A DNA stretch of 64,000 nucleotides from the NCBI GenBank assembly GCA_964016885.1, contig OZ024741.1:311860001-311924000 (forward strand), given 5' to 3'. The stretch's first letter is position 1. Each line of letters begins with the position of its first letter. Source of the stretch: Eledone cirrhosa (Eukaryota). Shown piece after piece: positions 39,830-52,724 of the stretch. A model generated the notes under the pieces. It did not search any database. It worked only from the letters and a program-made list of their open reading frames with translations, and had not been told where the DNA came from. The translations under genes were made by a program, and so were the position numbers.

Positions 39830-40225
39830 AATTATAAATATAAGCTATCGCCGTATTTTGATTAAAGAAGTTAAAGAAATTATTTAGCTTAATAGTGGGG
39901 TTAAGAGCCCTCGGAGAAATGGACAAAGATGAGTATTGACGTACCTGCTTAGTCTTGATTAGAGCCATTGTTGACAGGCTGACTCAATTGGCAACAGTGT
40001 TGGGGAGATAAGGTGTGTGGAGCGAAATAGAACAGTCGTTCCCAATCACTGGGTCGATCGAAATCCAGGGCTTTCCCAGTTGAAGTTGCAAGTGCGTTGG
40101 CCACCAGTACCCGGGCTGCTACTAATCATTTTCCAATCCTTCGAGGGTTCTTAAACCCACTATCAGGCTAAGTAATTTCTTTAACTTCTTTAATCAAAAT
40201 ACGGCGATAGCTTATATTTATAATT
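39830..40225. mobile_element. MITE-like element with ~90-bp terminal inverted repeats
   Basis: AATTATAAATATAAGCTATCGCCGTATTTTGATTAAAGAAGTTAAAGAAATTA... at the left is the reverse complement of 40135-40225. Confidence 0.75.
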
Positions 40226-40505
40226 ATTAAAATAACAGATTAAAGTTTAAGCAAAGAATCGCTTCTTTCACCCTTAACGAGATCTTCTGAAACTAAAATA
40301 AAAAAATCCATCTGTGAACGCAGAAGTAAATAACGTTACACACACTATATATATATACACACACTATATATACATATGTACACAGACACAGCTACGTCAT
40401 AATGCTGTAATGCAGACAGCCAGGCATACATACAGATATTATAAGGGCGCAACATATATCTATGTATATTATCTAAAAAGAGAAGCCTAAGAGAGAGAGA
40501 GAGGG

Positions 40506-40592
<87 letters not shown>

Positions 40593-41173
40593 GGGGAGAG
40601 AGAGAGAGTACATTAAATCGCCTAATGTGGTCCACAGGGCATTGGAAATTAGAATTTGTTTTGCTCAAAACACTCACAGGACGATACATATTACATGTGT
40701 AAATGTTGAAAACAATCGGTTGGGTTGTTCTCGAATTTTACTGATCGGACAGACTGACAGACACAAAGACAGACATTCTCTGATTTAGATATGTAGATTA
40801 CTTTTATAATTTTCATAACCTCTGTCATTTTCGTTCAACTAATTCATTTACATTATTCTTAATTCCGAAGCCGGGAATCATTCGGTTTCCTAAATAGAAT
40901 ATTAGTCTAATGACTCCATTTATACCATAAATGTAGTTTTGTCTTTGCGTGTATTTGTTCTCATCGCTCCACATACTTCGCCCTTTTCCGTTCATTGCCA
41001 GGGAACGTCTTCACGAACCAAAGTATCGTCTTTCTGTTTTCCTTCGGCTGCAACGGTTTTCGAAATATTTACATTTGCGTTCATAGATTGATCATTTTAG
41101 TTTCAGAAGATCGCGTTAAGGGTGAGAGCAGCGATTCTTTGCCTAAATTTTAATCTGTTATTTTAATAAATAA

Positions 41174-41275
<102 letters not shown>

Positions 41276-41442
41276 CAATATGTTGAAAAGGTAACACATC
41301 ATAGAAAGATATACAGTGCGCTATCAATAAAACAGGGAAAAACCACCAGTGTATGGAATCTATAAAGTATGAAAGGCAGACTATAGACACGATAATTAAA
41401 AATATAAATGAAAGCGTAAATAAATACCTCTATAACTATATA

Positions 41443-41523
41443 ACACACGTACAAATCCAAAGAGATGTTTCGTCAGTAATTTGTTGACAGATATGGAATA
41501 ACCTCGGTTCATCAGCGTGTGTA
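41443..41523 (-). ncRNA. Type I hammerhead-like motif (family H3)
   Basis: ACACACG-CUGAUGA-...-GAA-ACA...UGU-A-CGUGUGU: 7-bp helix I, intact core, GUA triplet; base of helix II mismatched. Confidence 0.6.
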
Positions 41524-41822
41524 AGGCTATACATTTCAGACAACAATAAGAGAATTTTAAAAGTGACTGTCCAGCTACACGTGGGCGAGAGGAGTCACAG
41601 CGTGTTAAAGGGCAGTGAACCAGTGGCCTCTGAGGGACGAGCTGCTAGAAAGGGCAGCCCCAAACCACTCAGAGAAGTGTGCTCAACCAAACAGAGAGAT
41701 AGGAAAGACTGTTATAAGGAGCGAAATATCACGATATATTAACGGGGCCTATGGCTCCTTTAATTTCTCGTGATATATATATATATATATATATACATAT
41801 ATATACACACGCACACACACAT

Positions 41823-41857
<35 letters not shown>

Positions 41858-42079
41858 CATACATATACATATATACACATACATATATAAACATACACGT
41901 GTGAGTGAACAGAGACGCAAAAAGAAATGTGTAAGTAATAAAAACAAATGTAAATAATTGTGTCTACTCTTGGCACAAGGCCAGCAATCTAAACTATAAT
42001 ACAGGAAGGTCTGCGGGATTGCGTACGGTTTACTATTTTTTTATCCGGTTTGTAAAATAAGTTGGATTATTTTGAATAA

Positions 42080-42270
42080 ATAATTGTTTCTACTTTAGGT
42101 ATAAGGCCAGCAAATATCCAGTATATTACTGGTACTTTATTTTATCGACCCCGTAAGGATGAAAGGCAAAGTTAACCTCGGTGGGATTTGAACTCAGACC
42201 GTAAAGGGACGTAACTATGCTGGAAAGCATGGCGTCCGACTCTCTACCGATACTGCCAATCCACCGCCTT
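42080..42270 (-). mobile_element. tRNA-derived SINE
   Basis: Head GGCGGTGGATTGGCAGTATCGGTAGA (A-box-like), GAGTTCAAATCC (B box), core CTTTGCCTTTCATCC..GGGGTCGATAAAAT, ATT tail. Confidence 0.85.
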
Positions 42271-42279
42271 AATATGAGG

Positions 42280-42480
42280 ATTATTGTTAGATTATTGTTT
42301 CTACTATAAATCACAAGGCCAGCTATTAACCAGTGCATTACTGGTACTTTATTTTCTTGACCCCGCAAGGATGAGAGGCATAGTCAACCTCGGCGGGATT
42401 TGAACTCAGATCGTAAAGGGACGTAACTATGCTGGAAAGCATGACGTCCGACCCTCTACTGATACTGCCAATCCACCGCC
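42280..42480 (-). mobile_element. tRNA-derived SINE, tandem second copy
   Basis: Same head, core and tail as 42080-42270. Confidence 0.85.
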
Positions 42481-43517
42481 TCTTTATTTTGAATAAATAA
42501 TGAATGAATCTTACATAATTTATCTACTTAAATGTCGAGGGTGTTCATTAAATATATTTTGTTTAATTAAAGATTCACTCTTTTAGGATTTCTGAAATAT
42601 CAAGACTTCCAATGGCGATCGCTTATATAAACATACTAATTTTCCGTCACTAATTTTCTCATAATGCACTTTATATATAATATCGTCTTTTTAAATGTAA
42701 CATGGATTACGTTAAATGTAACATGGATAACATAAGACAGTGTAACGCAATCTTCCTTAAATTTCTATGTATTATACATTGTCAATTACGATTTCATTTG
42801 ATGTATCATATCTACATGTATATATACATGCGTATAATATCAATATACACGCTACACATGCTATTAAGTAAATAATAGCGCATAACCACACACACACACA
42901 TACATATACATGCATAAAAGTTTTTTTTACATAGGCATGTACGCACGTACGCAGACATAGAGGTATGGAAATGCACATAATTAGAAAAGAGTGTATATAC
43001 ACACCTATATAAAAGTACATAGATAAATAATTATATACACTATGATATACACATATACAGCACATAATACGCATACATACTTACATAAACACACACATAT
43101 ATATATAAATATATACACGCGCACACATTCACACACACATATATATACACATATGCATATACATTCAAATATACATATACATACATACACACATGCACAC
43201 ATACGTACATGCAGAATATATACATACACATATATAGACATGCACATACACACACATATGAATATACATATACACATATAAATATAAGAATGCACACACA
43301 TATATACATAAACACATACATATATACATACATACATAAACAGGTATATATTCATACATATCTATGAATATATTATGTCAAAGATAGAATTGGGCTTCCC
43401 GTTATTACAATAATGAAATGTTAAGGTGTATGTAGAAAGAGTATAACTATTAGGTAGAAAGAAAAAGACTTTGATTGTGTATTAGAGGTGGATGGAATGA
43501 GGGTAGGCTCATATCAT

Positions 43518-43700
43518 TTGGCAGTATCGGTAGAGCGCCGGACGCCATACTTTGCCACACAGAGTTACGGCCCTTTTTGGTATGAGTTCAAATCCCGCCA
43601 AGGTTAACTTTGCCTTTTATCCTTACGGGGGTCGATAAAATAAAGCACCAATATTACACTGGGATAATTGCTGGCCTTGTGCCAAAAGTAGAAACAATTC
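43518..43700 (+). mobile_element. tRNA-derived SINE, third copy (opposite orientation)
   Basis: TTGGCAGTATCGGTAGAG...GAGTTCAAATCCCGCC...GGGGTCGATAAAATAAAG...AAAGTAGAAACAATT. Confidence 0.85.
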
Positions 43701-45151
43701 TTTACTCTGAACTAAATTTATTAAATAGTAAATCTAAAATATTTCCACTTGTCCTTATATTAATCTCCATTCTTTTTACTATTTTAGACCTATTAACTAA
43801 TTTATAACAATGTAGAGTTATACCTTATTCTTTTCAGTACCATTACTATTAATGTATAATAATTATTTAATTGCAATTTTAAACCTAAAAGTTCATATGT
43901 TTAACTAGTATATACTGTCTACCATTCTTCACATACACCCTCTCTGATCCCTTCTATTGCAAATAGAATTTATTATAACCACCTCATCACTTTTAGGCAA
44001 CTTAATAATATTGTGTTTCCATACCTTTTCTCACTAGCCTCACTTATATTTATTTTTGCTAAATATATAACGACCATTGCTTCACCATATATTTTTATTT
44101 AATATTAACTATTCAATACTAGTATAATTAACTTTTTTTTAAATAATGCATAGCACTTTTAGTATATATAGATAATTTCTTTGTAATATGTAATGTTATT
44201 ATTCTTTTAAAGTTCTTTAGTTTTGCAATCATTAAACCAGAAAACAATTCTTTTAAAAATTCGATTCCCATATATTTTTAGATACGAAACTTTTTACTTT
44301 TTCTTATTAAATATATAGTAACTCTCTAATATATAGAATTATTTACATAAATTAACTCCCCTTTATTTTTCTTTTGTTTTAACCCTTTTTTTATTTTTTA
44401 AGGATTATTTTTAAAAAATTCAATGCTAATATGGATGATTTGTACTCTTAATGACATATGACTTTGTCTCCTCTATTCAACTAGGTGGTGCTTTAGATGA
44501 TGTGTCTTGAGTGCCTAATTGATAATACTTCCATCTATATTGGATTTTTTACTTTGATGATTATACTTATTTTCTCAACATTACATTAGTTCCTTTGGAC
44601 ATTTTGAAAAATAATAATTATTATGTCTGAATTTAACTTTATTAACTTTCTTAACTACTAATGATATATATTTTTCACTGTACTTAATTTATATGTAACA
44701 GCATGCTTTTTTGATTTTTAAAATCTCTATTGGTTTTATCTGCTCCTAATTTGTATTGCATTTATCTGCTCCTATTCTTCATATGATTTTTCTGCCTCTG
44801 TTGCCTTATATAAATGTTTATACTTATGCTTATCTAGCATCCCATATTATGTATCCCCCTAATGTTCTTGTGACAAAGTTTTCATATTATATTTGTGTTT
44901 GCCTTTTGTTATCAACACCGAAGAATCCGGTCTTGTGCTAGGATGAAACGATCGCCAGTGATTAAATATTTGAAAGTTTCAACACTATTTGATTGTCATT
45001 TACATTGTATATATATATATCAGTGGCGAAGGGTAACCTGGAAAGCAGGGCATTCAGTCCAATCACCATGGCGGAAAGTGGGGCTGTGCAGCCTTACCCA
45101 CCCCAATTACCTCTAAATGACCCTCCCGGTCAAAGCCCCATATAGTGTTAT

Positions 45152-45191
<40 letters not shown>

Positions 45192-45379
45192 CTTTTTATG
45201 TGTCTACGATTTAGTAAGCAGTCAGAATACTGCTTGCTCCAAAGCTGTCGTGTGTTTGTGTGTGTGTCTAATCTTTTTATTTTTTGTCAATACGTTTTAG
45301 TAAGCAGCCAAAATTCTGCTTGCTTCAAACGACGCAATTGATCAACTCGAGATTCTATAACGCATGCACGCACCCTTCG

Positions 45380-45443
<64 letters not shown>

Positions 45444-46092
45444 CGTGTGTGTGTGTTTCTGTATTTCTCTCTGTCTGTCTATCTGTCTGCCTCTCTCTAA
45501 ATTCATGCCACTTAATGTACAATCTCTTTAACACAAAATATTACACACAAGAGTAAGCTTGGAAGTTCATAGGCTAACTATAAAAGAGTGATGCTGCTAG
45601 GTCAGTGAAATCATGCATGCATTAAATTCAAATATTCTTATTAACAAGTGCATTGCTCCTTTCCAGGAACTCTGTGGAAAAATGAACTTCATTTAGTCAC
45701 TCCATGAGAGTTTGAAATTTTCAGCCTATGAAATGTTTAGCCCACCCTCGGACATATTTCCTCCAATATCTGAAAGTAATATATACAATTCTCAACAATC
45801 ACATTTTCTCTCCACCAGACATCAGAGACAACGAATATGGTTTCACAGATCTAAATCTAACGGAAATATAAGTGACACTTTATCAAATCTTGTGTTCTTC
45901 ACGTTTTATTAATGTCTCCCGTCTTTACACCTTCTTTAATGCCCTACATTGTTATTGCCTCTAATGAGGCACTCGGCAAATCAAAATGTAATGGAATTAT
46001 GACTTCCCAAACAAAACAAGCACAAACAGGTTGTCACGTGATCATACATTTTCTTATAAATATTTTAAGTGTGTTAGTTTGTATAAATGTAT

Positions 46093-46193
<101 letters not shown>

Positions 46194-46296
46194 CTAGTAC
46201 TGGTGGCTTAGTTAGGATCTAGCTGTCGAAACGGGCGGTGCTCAGCCGTCGGGTTCCTGACTATTTTCCTATATATATATATATGTATTTATATAT

Positions 46297-46556
46297 ATCT
46301 GTCCTTAGGGTATCAACATACGTTAACCTTGGTTTTCCCCTTCTAGTGTGTCCATGTAGGGGCTCCCAAAGGAGCACTGAGTGCAATGTCAACTCTGGAT
46401 GTCGGTGAGCATGGCCAGCCAACCTCAGTCTCCTCTGTGTCACTTTTGAGCTGACTTTTGGTCTATTGGAGACGCAGGACATGGCAGCGATAATGAGGGA
46501 CAGAGACCGCTGGAGAGAACTCATCCATGGACCTCGGGAATTTTACCCGCCTTAGA
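46297..46556. mobile_element. RTE-clade LINE 3' fragment with 5' inversion
   Basis: Minus strand: RRLRLAGHAHRHPE...LLWEP..G.TRRGKPRLTYVDTL; plus strand continuation: ETQDMAAIMRDRDRWRELI...*. Confidence 0.75.
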
Positions 46557-47745
46557 TAGATATATGTATTTATATATAGGTGTGTGCGTGTGCGTGTGGT
46601 TATATACATGTGTGTATATGTGTGTGTGCGTGAGTGTGAGTGCGTGTGTGTGTGTGAGTGTGTGTATTTATTTAAATATATACTTCAGACACGTCACTAC
46701 GAAATTCCAATTTATTCATGTAAGTTAAAATTTCCGTTCCTTGCTGATCTTCCATATGTATTGACGATTTAATTTAAGTCTAACAATAACACGCCACAGA
46801 TTACAAACTTAGAGGATTTTAAAAGAAAATGCGTGTCTTCCTCCACCATAGTGTCTCCATAAATCACAACATACAGTCCGTTTCCTGCAGAATAGAGATT
46901 CGTCTGGAATTCACTCGGTGGGTATCCTTATCATCTACAGGTCTTATCTATGTAAATTCATGACATTTGGGGAAATCATATATGTGTAAAAGTCACATAA
47001 CAGATACTGTAATGAAACATTTTTTTGGTTTCCGAGAATATTATAGTTTTACCAAATTAAGTATTGAGCCATTCTTTTGTATTTCCCTTTCTCTTATCCT
47101 CTGTCTTTACCTCTGTCTTTTCTACTGTCTTTTCACTGTCTTTTCTTTTGTCTTTTCCTCCTGTCTTTTCCGCTGTCTTTTCCGCTGTCTTTTCCCCTGT
47201 CTTTTCCCCTGTCTGTCCCTCTGTCTTTTCCTTTGTCTTTTCCCCTGTCTTTTCCGCTGTTTGTTCCTTTATCTTTTCCCCTGTCTCTACTGCTGTCTTT
47301 TCCACTGTTTATCCTTTGTCTTTTCATCTGTCTTCTCCGCGTCTTTACCTCTGTGTTTTCCTTTGTCTTTTCCATCTGTCTCTTCCTTTCTCTTCTCCCC
47401 TGTTTTTTCTGCTGTCTTTTAGGCTATCTTTTCCCCTGTTTTTCCTTTGTCTTTTCCTCTGTCTTTTCCGTTGTCTTTTCCGTTGTCTTTACCCCCTGTC
47501 TTTTCCTTTGTCTTTTCTATTGTCTTTTCCTTTGTCTTTTCCGCTGTCTTTCCTCCTGTCTTTTGCCATGTTTTTTCTTTTGTCTTTTACGCTGTCTTTT
47601 CCGCTGCCTTTTCCCCTGTCTTGTCCTTTATCTTTTCTTTGTTTCTCCTTTGTCTTTTCCTCTGTTTTCTCCTCTGTCTTTTCCTCTGTCTTTTCCTTTG
47701 TCTTTCCCCCCTTTATTTACCTCTGTCTTTTCCGCTGTCTTTCTC

Positions 47746-50062
47746 CTAGTCTTTTCCGGTGTTTTTTCCATTGTCTTTTCCCCTGTATTTTCCGCCTTCT
47801 TTTCCCATGTCTTCTGCTTCATCTTTCCCAATGTTTCTTCTTTGTCTTTTCCCCCTCTCTTTTCCGCTGTCTTTCTTCCTGTCTTTTCTGGTGTTTTTTC
47901 CATTGTCTTTTCCCCTATCTTTTCCACCTTCTTTTCCCATGTCTTCTCCTTTATCTTTCCCCTGTTTCTTCTTTGTCTTTTCCTTTGTCTTTTCCGCTGT
48001 CTTTCCTCCTGTCTTTTCCTCTATCTTTTCCCCTGTCGTTTCCGGTGTTTTTTTCTTTGTCCTTTCTCCTGTCTCTTCCGCTGTCTTTTCCACTGTCTTT
48101 TCCCATGTCTCTTCTAATATCTTTTCCTCTGTCTCTACCTCTGTATTCTGCTTTGTCTTTCCCCCTGTCTTTTCCTCTCTCTGTTCCGCTGTCTCTTCCC
48201 GTATCTCTTCCGCTGTTTTTTCCTTTTTCTCTTCACCTGTTTCTTCCGTTGTCTTATCCACTGTATTTTCCCCTGACTCTTCCACTGTCTTTTCCTCTGT
48301 CTTTACCTCTGTCTTTTCCTTTGTCTTTTCCCCTGTCTCTTTCGCTGTTTTTGCCTTTGTCTTTTTCCCTGTCTCTTCTACTGTCTTTTCCTCTGTCTCT
48401 ACCTCTGTCTTTTCCTTTGTCTTTGCCCCTGTCTTTTCCTCTCTCTTTTCCACTCTCTCTTCCCCTCTCTCTTCCGCTGTTTTTTCCTTTTTCTCTTCAT
48501 GTGTCTTTTCCGCTGTCTTATCCACTGTCCTTTCCCCTGTCTCTTCCCCTGTCTTTTCCTCTGTCTTTACCTCTGTCTTTTCCTTTGTCTTTCCCCCTGT
48601 CTCTGTCGCTGTCGTTTTCGCTGTTTTTGCCTTTGTCTTATCCACTGTCCTTTCCCCTGTCTCTTCCCCTGTCTTTTCCTCTGTCTTTACCTCTGTCTTT
48701 TCCTTTGTCTTTCCCCCTGTCTCTTTCGCTGTCTTTTTCGCTGTTTTTGCCTTTGTCTTATCCACTGTCCCTTCCCCTGTCTCTTCCCCTGTCTTTTCCT
48801 CTGTCTTTAACTCTGTCTTTTCCTTTGTCTTTCCCCCTGTCTCTTTCGCTGTCTTTTTCGCTGTTTTTGCCTTTGTCTTAGCCACTGTCCCTTCCCCTGT
48901 CTCTTCCCCTGTCTTTTCCTCTGTCTTTACCTCTGTCTTTTCCTTTGTCTTTCCCCCTGTCTCTTTCGCTGTCTTTTTCGCTGTTTTTGCCTTTGTCTTA
49001 TCCACTGTCCTTTCCCCTGTCTCTTCCCCTGTCTTTTCCTCTGTCTTTACCTCTGTCTTTTCCTTTGTCTTTCCCCCTGTCTCTTTCGCTGTCTTTTTCG
49101 CTGTTTTTGCCTTTGTCTTATCCACTGTCCTTTCCCCTGTCTCTTCCCCTGTCTTTTCCTCTGTCTTTACCTCTGTCTTTTCCTTTGTCTTTCCCCCTGT
49201 CTCTTTCGCTGTCTTTTTCGCTGTTTTTGCCTTTGTCTTATCCACTGTCTTTTCCCCTGTCTCTTCCCCTGTCTTTTCCTCTGTCTTTAACTCTGTCTTT
49301 TCCTTTGTCTTTCCCCCTGTCTTTTTCGCTGTCTTTTCCGCTGTCTCTTTCGCTGTCTTTTCCACTGCCTTTCCCCCTGTCTTTTCTGCTGTCTTTTTCT
49401 GTCTCTTTTTCCCTGTCTCTTCCGCTGTCTTTTCCACTGGCTTTCCCCCTGTCTTTTCCGCTGTCCTTTCCGCTGTCTTTTTCTTTGTCTTTTCCCCTGT
49501 CTTTTCCGCTGTCTTTTCCATTCTCATTTCCGCTGTCTTTTCCGCTGTCCTTTCCGCTGTCTTTTTCTTTGTCTTTTCCCCTGTCTTTTCCGCTGTCTTT
49601 TCCATTCTCATTTCCGCTTTCTTTTCCGCTGTTGTTTTATTTGTCTTTTCCGCTGTCTTTACCTTTTTCTTATCCGCTGTCTTTTCCGCTGTTGTTTTAT
49701 TTTTATTTTCCCCTGTCTGTTCCGCTGTTTTTTCCTTTGTCTTTCCCTCTGTCTTTTTCGCTGTCTTTTCTGCTGTCGTTCCCACTCTCTTTTCCGCTGT
49801 CGTTCCCATTCTCTTTTCCGCTGTCTTTTCCTTTCTCTTATCCTCTGTCTTTTCCGCTGTTGTTTTATTTTTATTTTCCCCTGTCTTTCCCGCTTTTTTT
49901 TCTTTCGTCTTTTCCCCTGTCTTTTCTGCTGTCTTTGCCACTCTCTTTACCTCTCTATTTTTCGCTATCTCTGCCGCTGCTTTTACTCTGTCTTTCCCAC
50001 TGTCTTTTCCTCTGTTTTTTCCTGTATCATTTCCTCTGTTTTCATTAGCTCGACGTTTCTTC
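47746..50062 (-). CDS. Large exon encoding a Lys/Glu/Thr-rich repetitive cytoplasmic tail (repeat continues in shifted frames to ~47057)
   Basis: Acceptor tttcag|G completes an Arg codon, then KKRRANENRG... runs in frame into ORF 47746-49941; 12-nt EKTx periodicity. Confidence 0.65.
48480..49330. repeat. 120-bp tandem repeat, about 7 near-identical copies (40-aa unit TVDKTKAKTAKKTAKETGGKTKEKTEVKTEEKTGEETGER)
   Basis: Alternate 60-nt lines from 48541 to 49320 are nearly identical. Confidence 0.95.
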
Positions 50063-51760
50063 CTGAAACTAGATGTAAATATTTCATTACAATTTAGTAT
50101 GTATCCTAATTACAACGTATCATGTTTACTCTATCGCCTACATATGTTAATACAATCATGGCACCTAGTTTCTGTGAGTGTAGCTATATTTTGTACAAGT
50201 GGGTGGTAAAAGTGAGAACTAGAATTTAGTGAAGAGAGCTATGTTTTCAGGTTAAGACAAAAAACTGTTTACAGTTAAATTACAAATTAATTATTAATTT
50301 TATTAAAGCAAATGGAAATTAAAAAATTATCAAATAACATTGTACTTAATAAAATAAAAATAATTGACAAGGGAATGACGACAATCTCATATTCAGTCTT
50401 GTCTATAACACATTATTTATTTCTCATCGAAGACAATTCGTATCACGAGTAACTTCCAGAAAAATGTTCTCATCGAACAATCTAATTCCTCCAGTGTTAT
50501 GTAATTGAAACAATTAACCTATGGAAGATCATTATTTTAACCAATATAAACTATATCCTTGTGTCATTTATTTTCACGCATTTATGTTCTGATACGAATG
50601 TGATTTTCACCTATATTGATTAGTCGATAGGATAAGAAACAGTCTCGTATTGCGAATGGATTCGCTTTCTCAATACATATGTCATGACAGTTTATATTAT
50701 CGAGGCCATTTAAGTCATATTTCTTATAGGCAATATGCCTTACGTACATATATCAGTGCTGACGCAAATTGGTAACTGTTTAAACAATTAGATTTCTGGA
50801 TAATATATTTTATGATACTTGTCTTAGACTTCACCAGATTGAGTGTTATCCCGTATTTTTTATTTTATTTTAACTGGGTTTGGGAAATATATAGTTATTG
50901 AGATAATATCTATAACATGTCTATTGAATAAGGATAATGCATGAGGTAAAGGTATTTGAGTGTCTTGTATCAATCAAAACCTGACAGATGCAAATGTCTG
51001 AGAACTGGCTACATCTAATTGGTTCTGCGAATCTATTTGTTAGAAAGTTATTTGAATGGTTAACATATTTATTAAAATTGGGATGAGAATCTTTCTTTAT
51101 GGCTGCTGGACCTGCTAAAGAAAGCAGTCAAAAACACATAATGTTGTTCGCAAGACACCTAAATATCAGTATGGTGATGACTGAAATGTTTTTGATGATA
51201 CGTGTCCTCAGTTATGACTGACCTGAGCCTAAACAACAACTGAAGTGGGATAAAATTAGTAAACCCCAACTTCAGTAAATTATACAGTTATTAAACAGGA
51301 AATTATCTCCAGATAGGTTTGAGCATGGACTAATGTAGTAGTGAAAAGCTATAATAGAATATTACATTTGGCTTCTTCATAATTAAGATAATATTTAATT
51401 TCCGAAAAGTTTTGGTTAGCACATGCGGTAGCACTGTTCTTAATGACATGTTGTAATGACATTTATCCTTTCACATACACAGTTTATATTTCATTCAGTA
51501 GAAACTTGACTTCCACTCTGTCGTCCCTGACAAACTTTCTAGGAGTAGTGAACTTGATATATTTACATCTAACTCTCCCTAAAATGTGTGTCCTTGAATT
51601 GTGTTCTTCAAATTATCTGTTTATCCTGCGTTAGTTTTAAACAATTACATCCCCATTGGAATTGTTTGGTCTTCTGCCAAATCGATGATTTTTATTATAC
51701 AATCAAATATACTATCTGTCTAAACCAAGAATTAAATCTAACCAAGTTGTCTTAAAGCTT

Positions 51761-51845
<85 letters not shown>

Positions 51846-52494
51846 AGTAAATATATGTTTTAACCATTGTGTTCATTGTATTCACAACTAAATGAGGTGA
51901 CTGGTAGAGATATTGTCACTGTATTAGACTTCAATTATAAACTGTTTCAATTATAAACTGTCTCAATAAGTATGCATTTGACTCGTGACATTTTGTAATG
52001 GTACAAAAAATAACTTAATATTGCTTTGGCTATGGAAAATGTAATTAGCTAATATACTAATATGAAATTTACAGGAAATTCAAAATATTGAGAACTAGAT
52101 CTAATACTTTACAGTTTCCAACTTTATGCCTGATATATCTGTATTCAAATAACATCGAGGCAAAGCTTGCTTTAGCCTATCAAACACAATTACTATGTTG
52201 GTGTCAAAAAGAAAATTTTAAAATGTCCTGGTCGAATTATGAAGCAATAATTAGTTCAACGACTGCAATTAGTACAGTTAATATTATAAGTGGTCATTAA
52301 TATTCACCGAACAACCTAACTGGGAAAATAAGTTTTAATATTTAAAACTCATCGCTGAAAAATACGGAGGTCAATTACAAAATATACAAATATAAAAGTT
52401 AAATACAATTTTGTTTACTCTAAATCTAAACATCAGACAGATTGAAATTCACCAATTACTTCTAACAATAGTATTGAGACAAGAAATCACATAC

Positions 52495-52588
52495 CTGTAA
52501 ATTAATATTCCAAACACACCTATAATTGACAGGAAAAGTGGGACAAACACAATCATCGCGACATAAGCGGGATGCATTCCGTATATTC
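52495..52588 (-). CDS. Transmembrane-helix exon of a single-pass membrane protein
   Basis: gaacag| ... |gtatgt; 94 nt, phase 1 to phase 2; [31 protein letters not shown]. Confidence 0.75.
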
Positions 52589-52605
52589 CTGTTCAAATGT
52601 AAAAC

Positions 52606-52711
<106 letters not shown>

Positions 52712-52724
52712 GTATATATATATA

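Noticed and set aside
43700-44930. Very AT-rich stretch that may be an ancient non-LTR element
   Set aside because: No continuous recognisable motif by eye
45020-45710. hAT-like (CAGTGGCG) and mariner-like terminal fragments
   Set aside because: No matching second terminus or TSD found
48480-49330. Regular repeat array as a possible CRISPR
   Set aside because: Contiguous 120-bp tandem units without unique spacers, no cas genes, eukaryotic context
47064-50209. Long plus-strand ORFs (816, 605, 367 aa; F/S/V/L/P-rich)
   Set aside because: Antisense shadows of the A-poor strand of the K/E/T repeat; splice and TM evidence favour the minus strand
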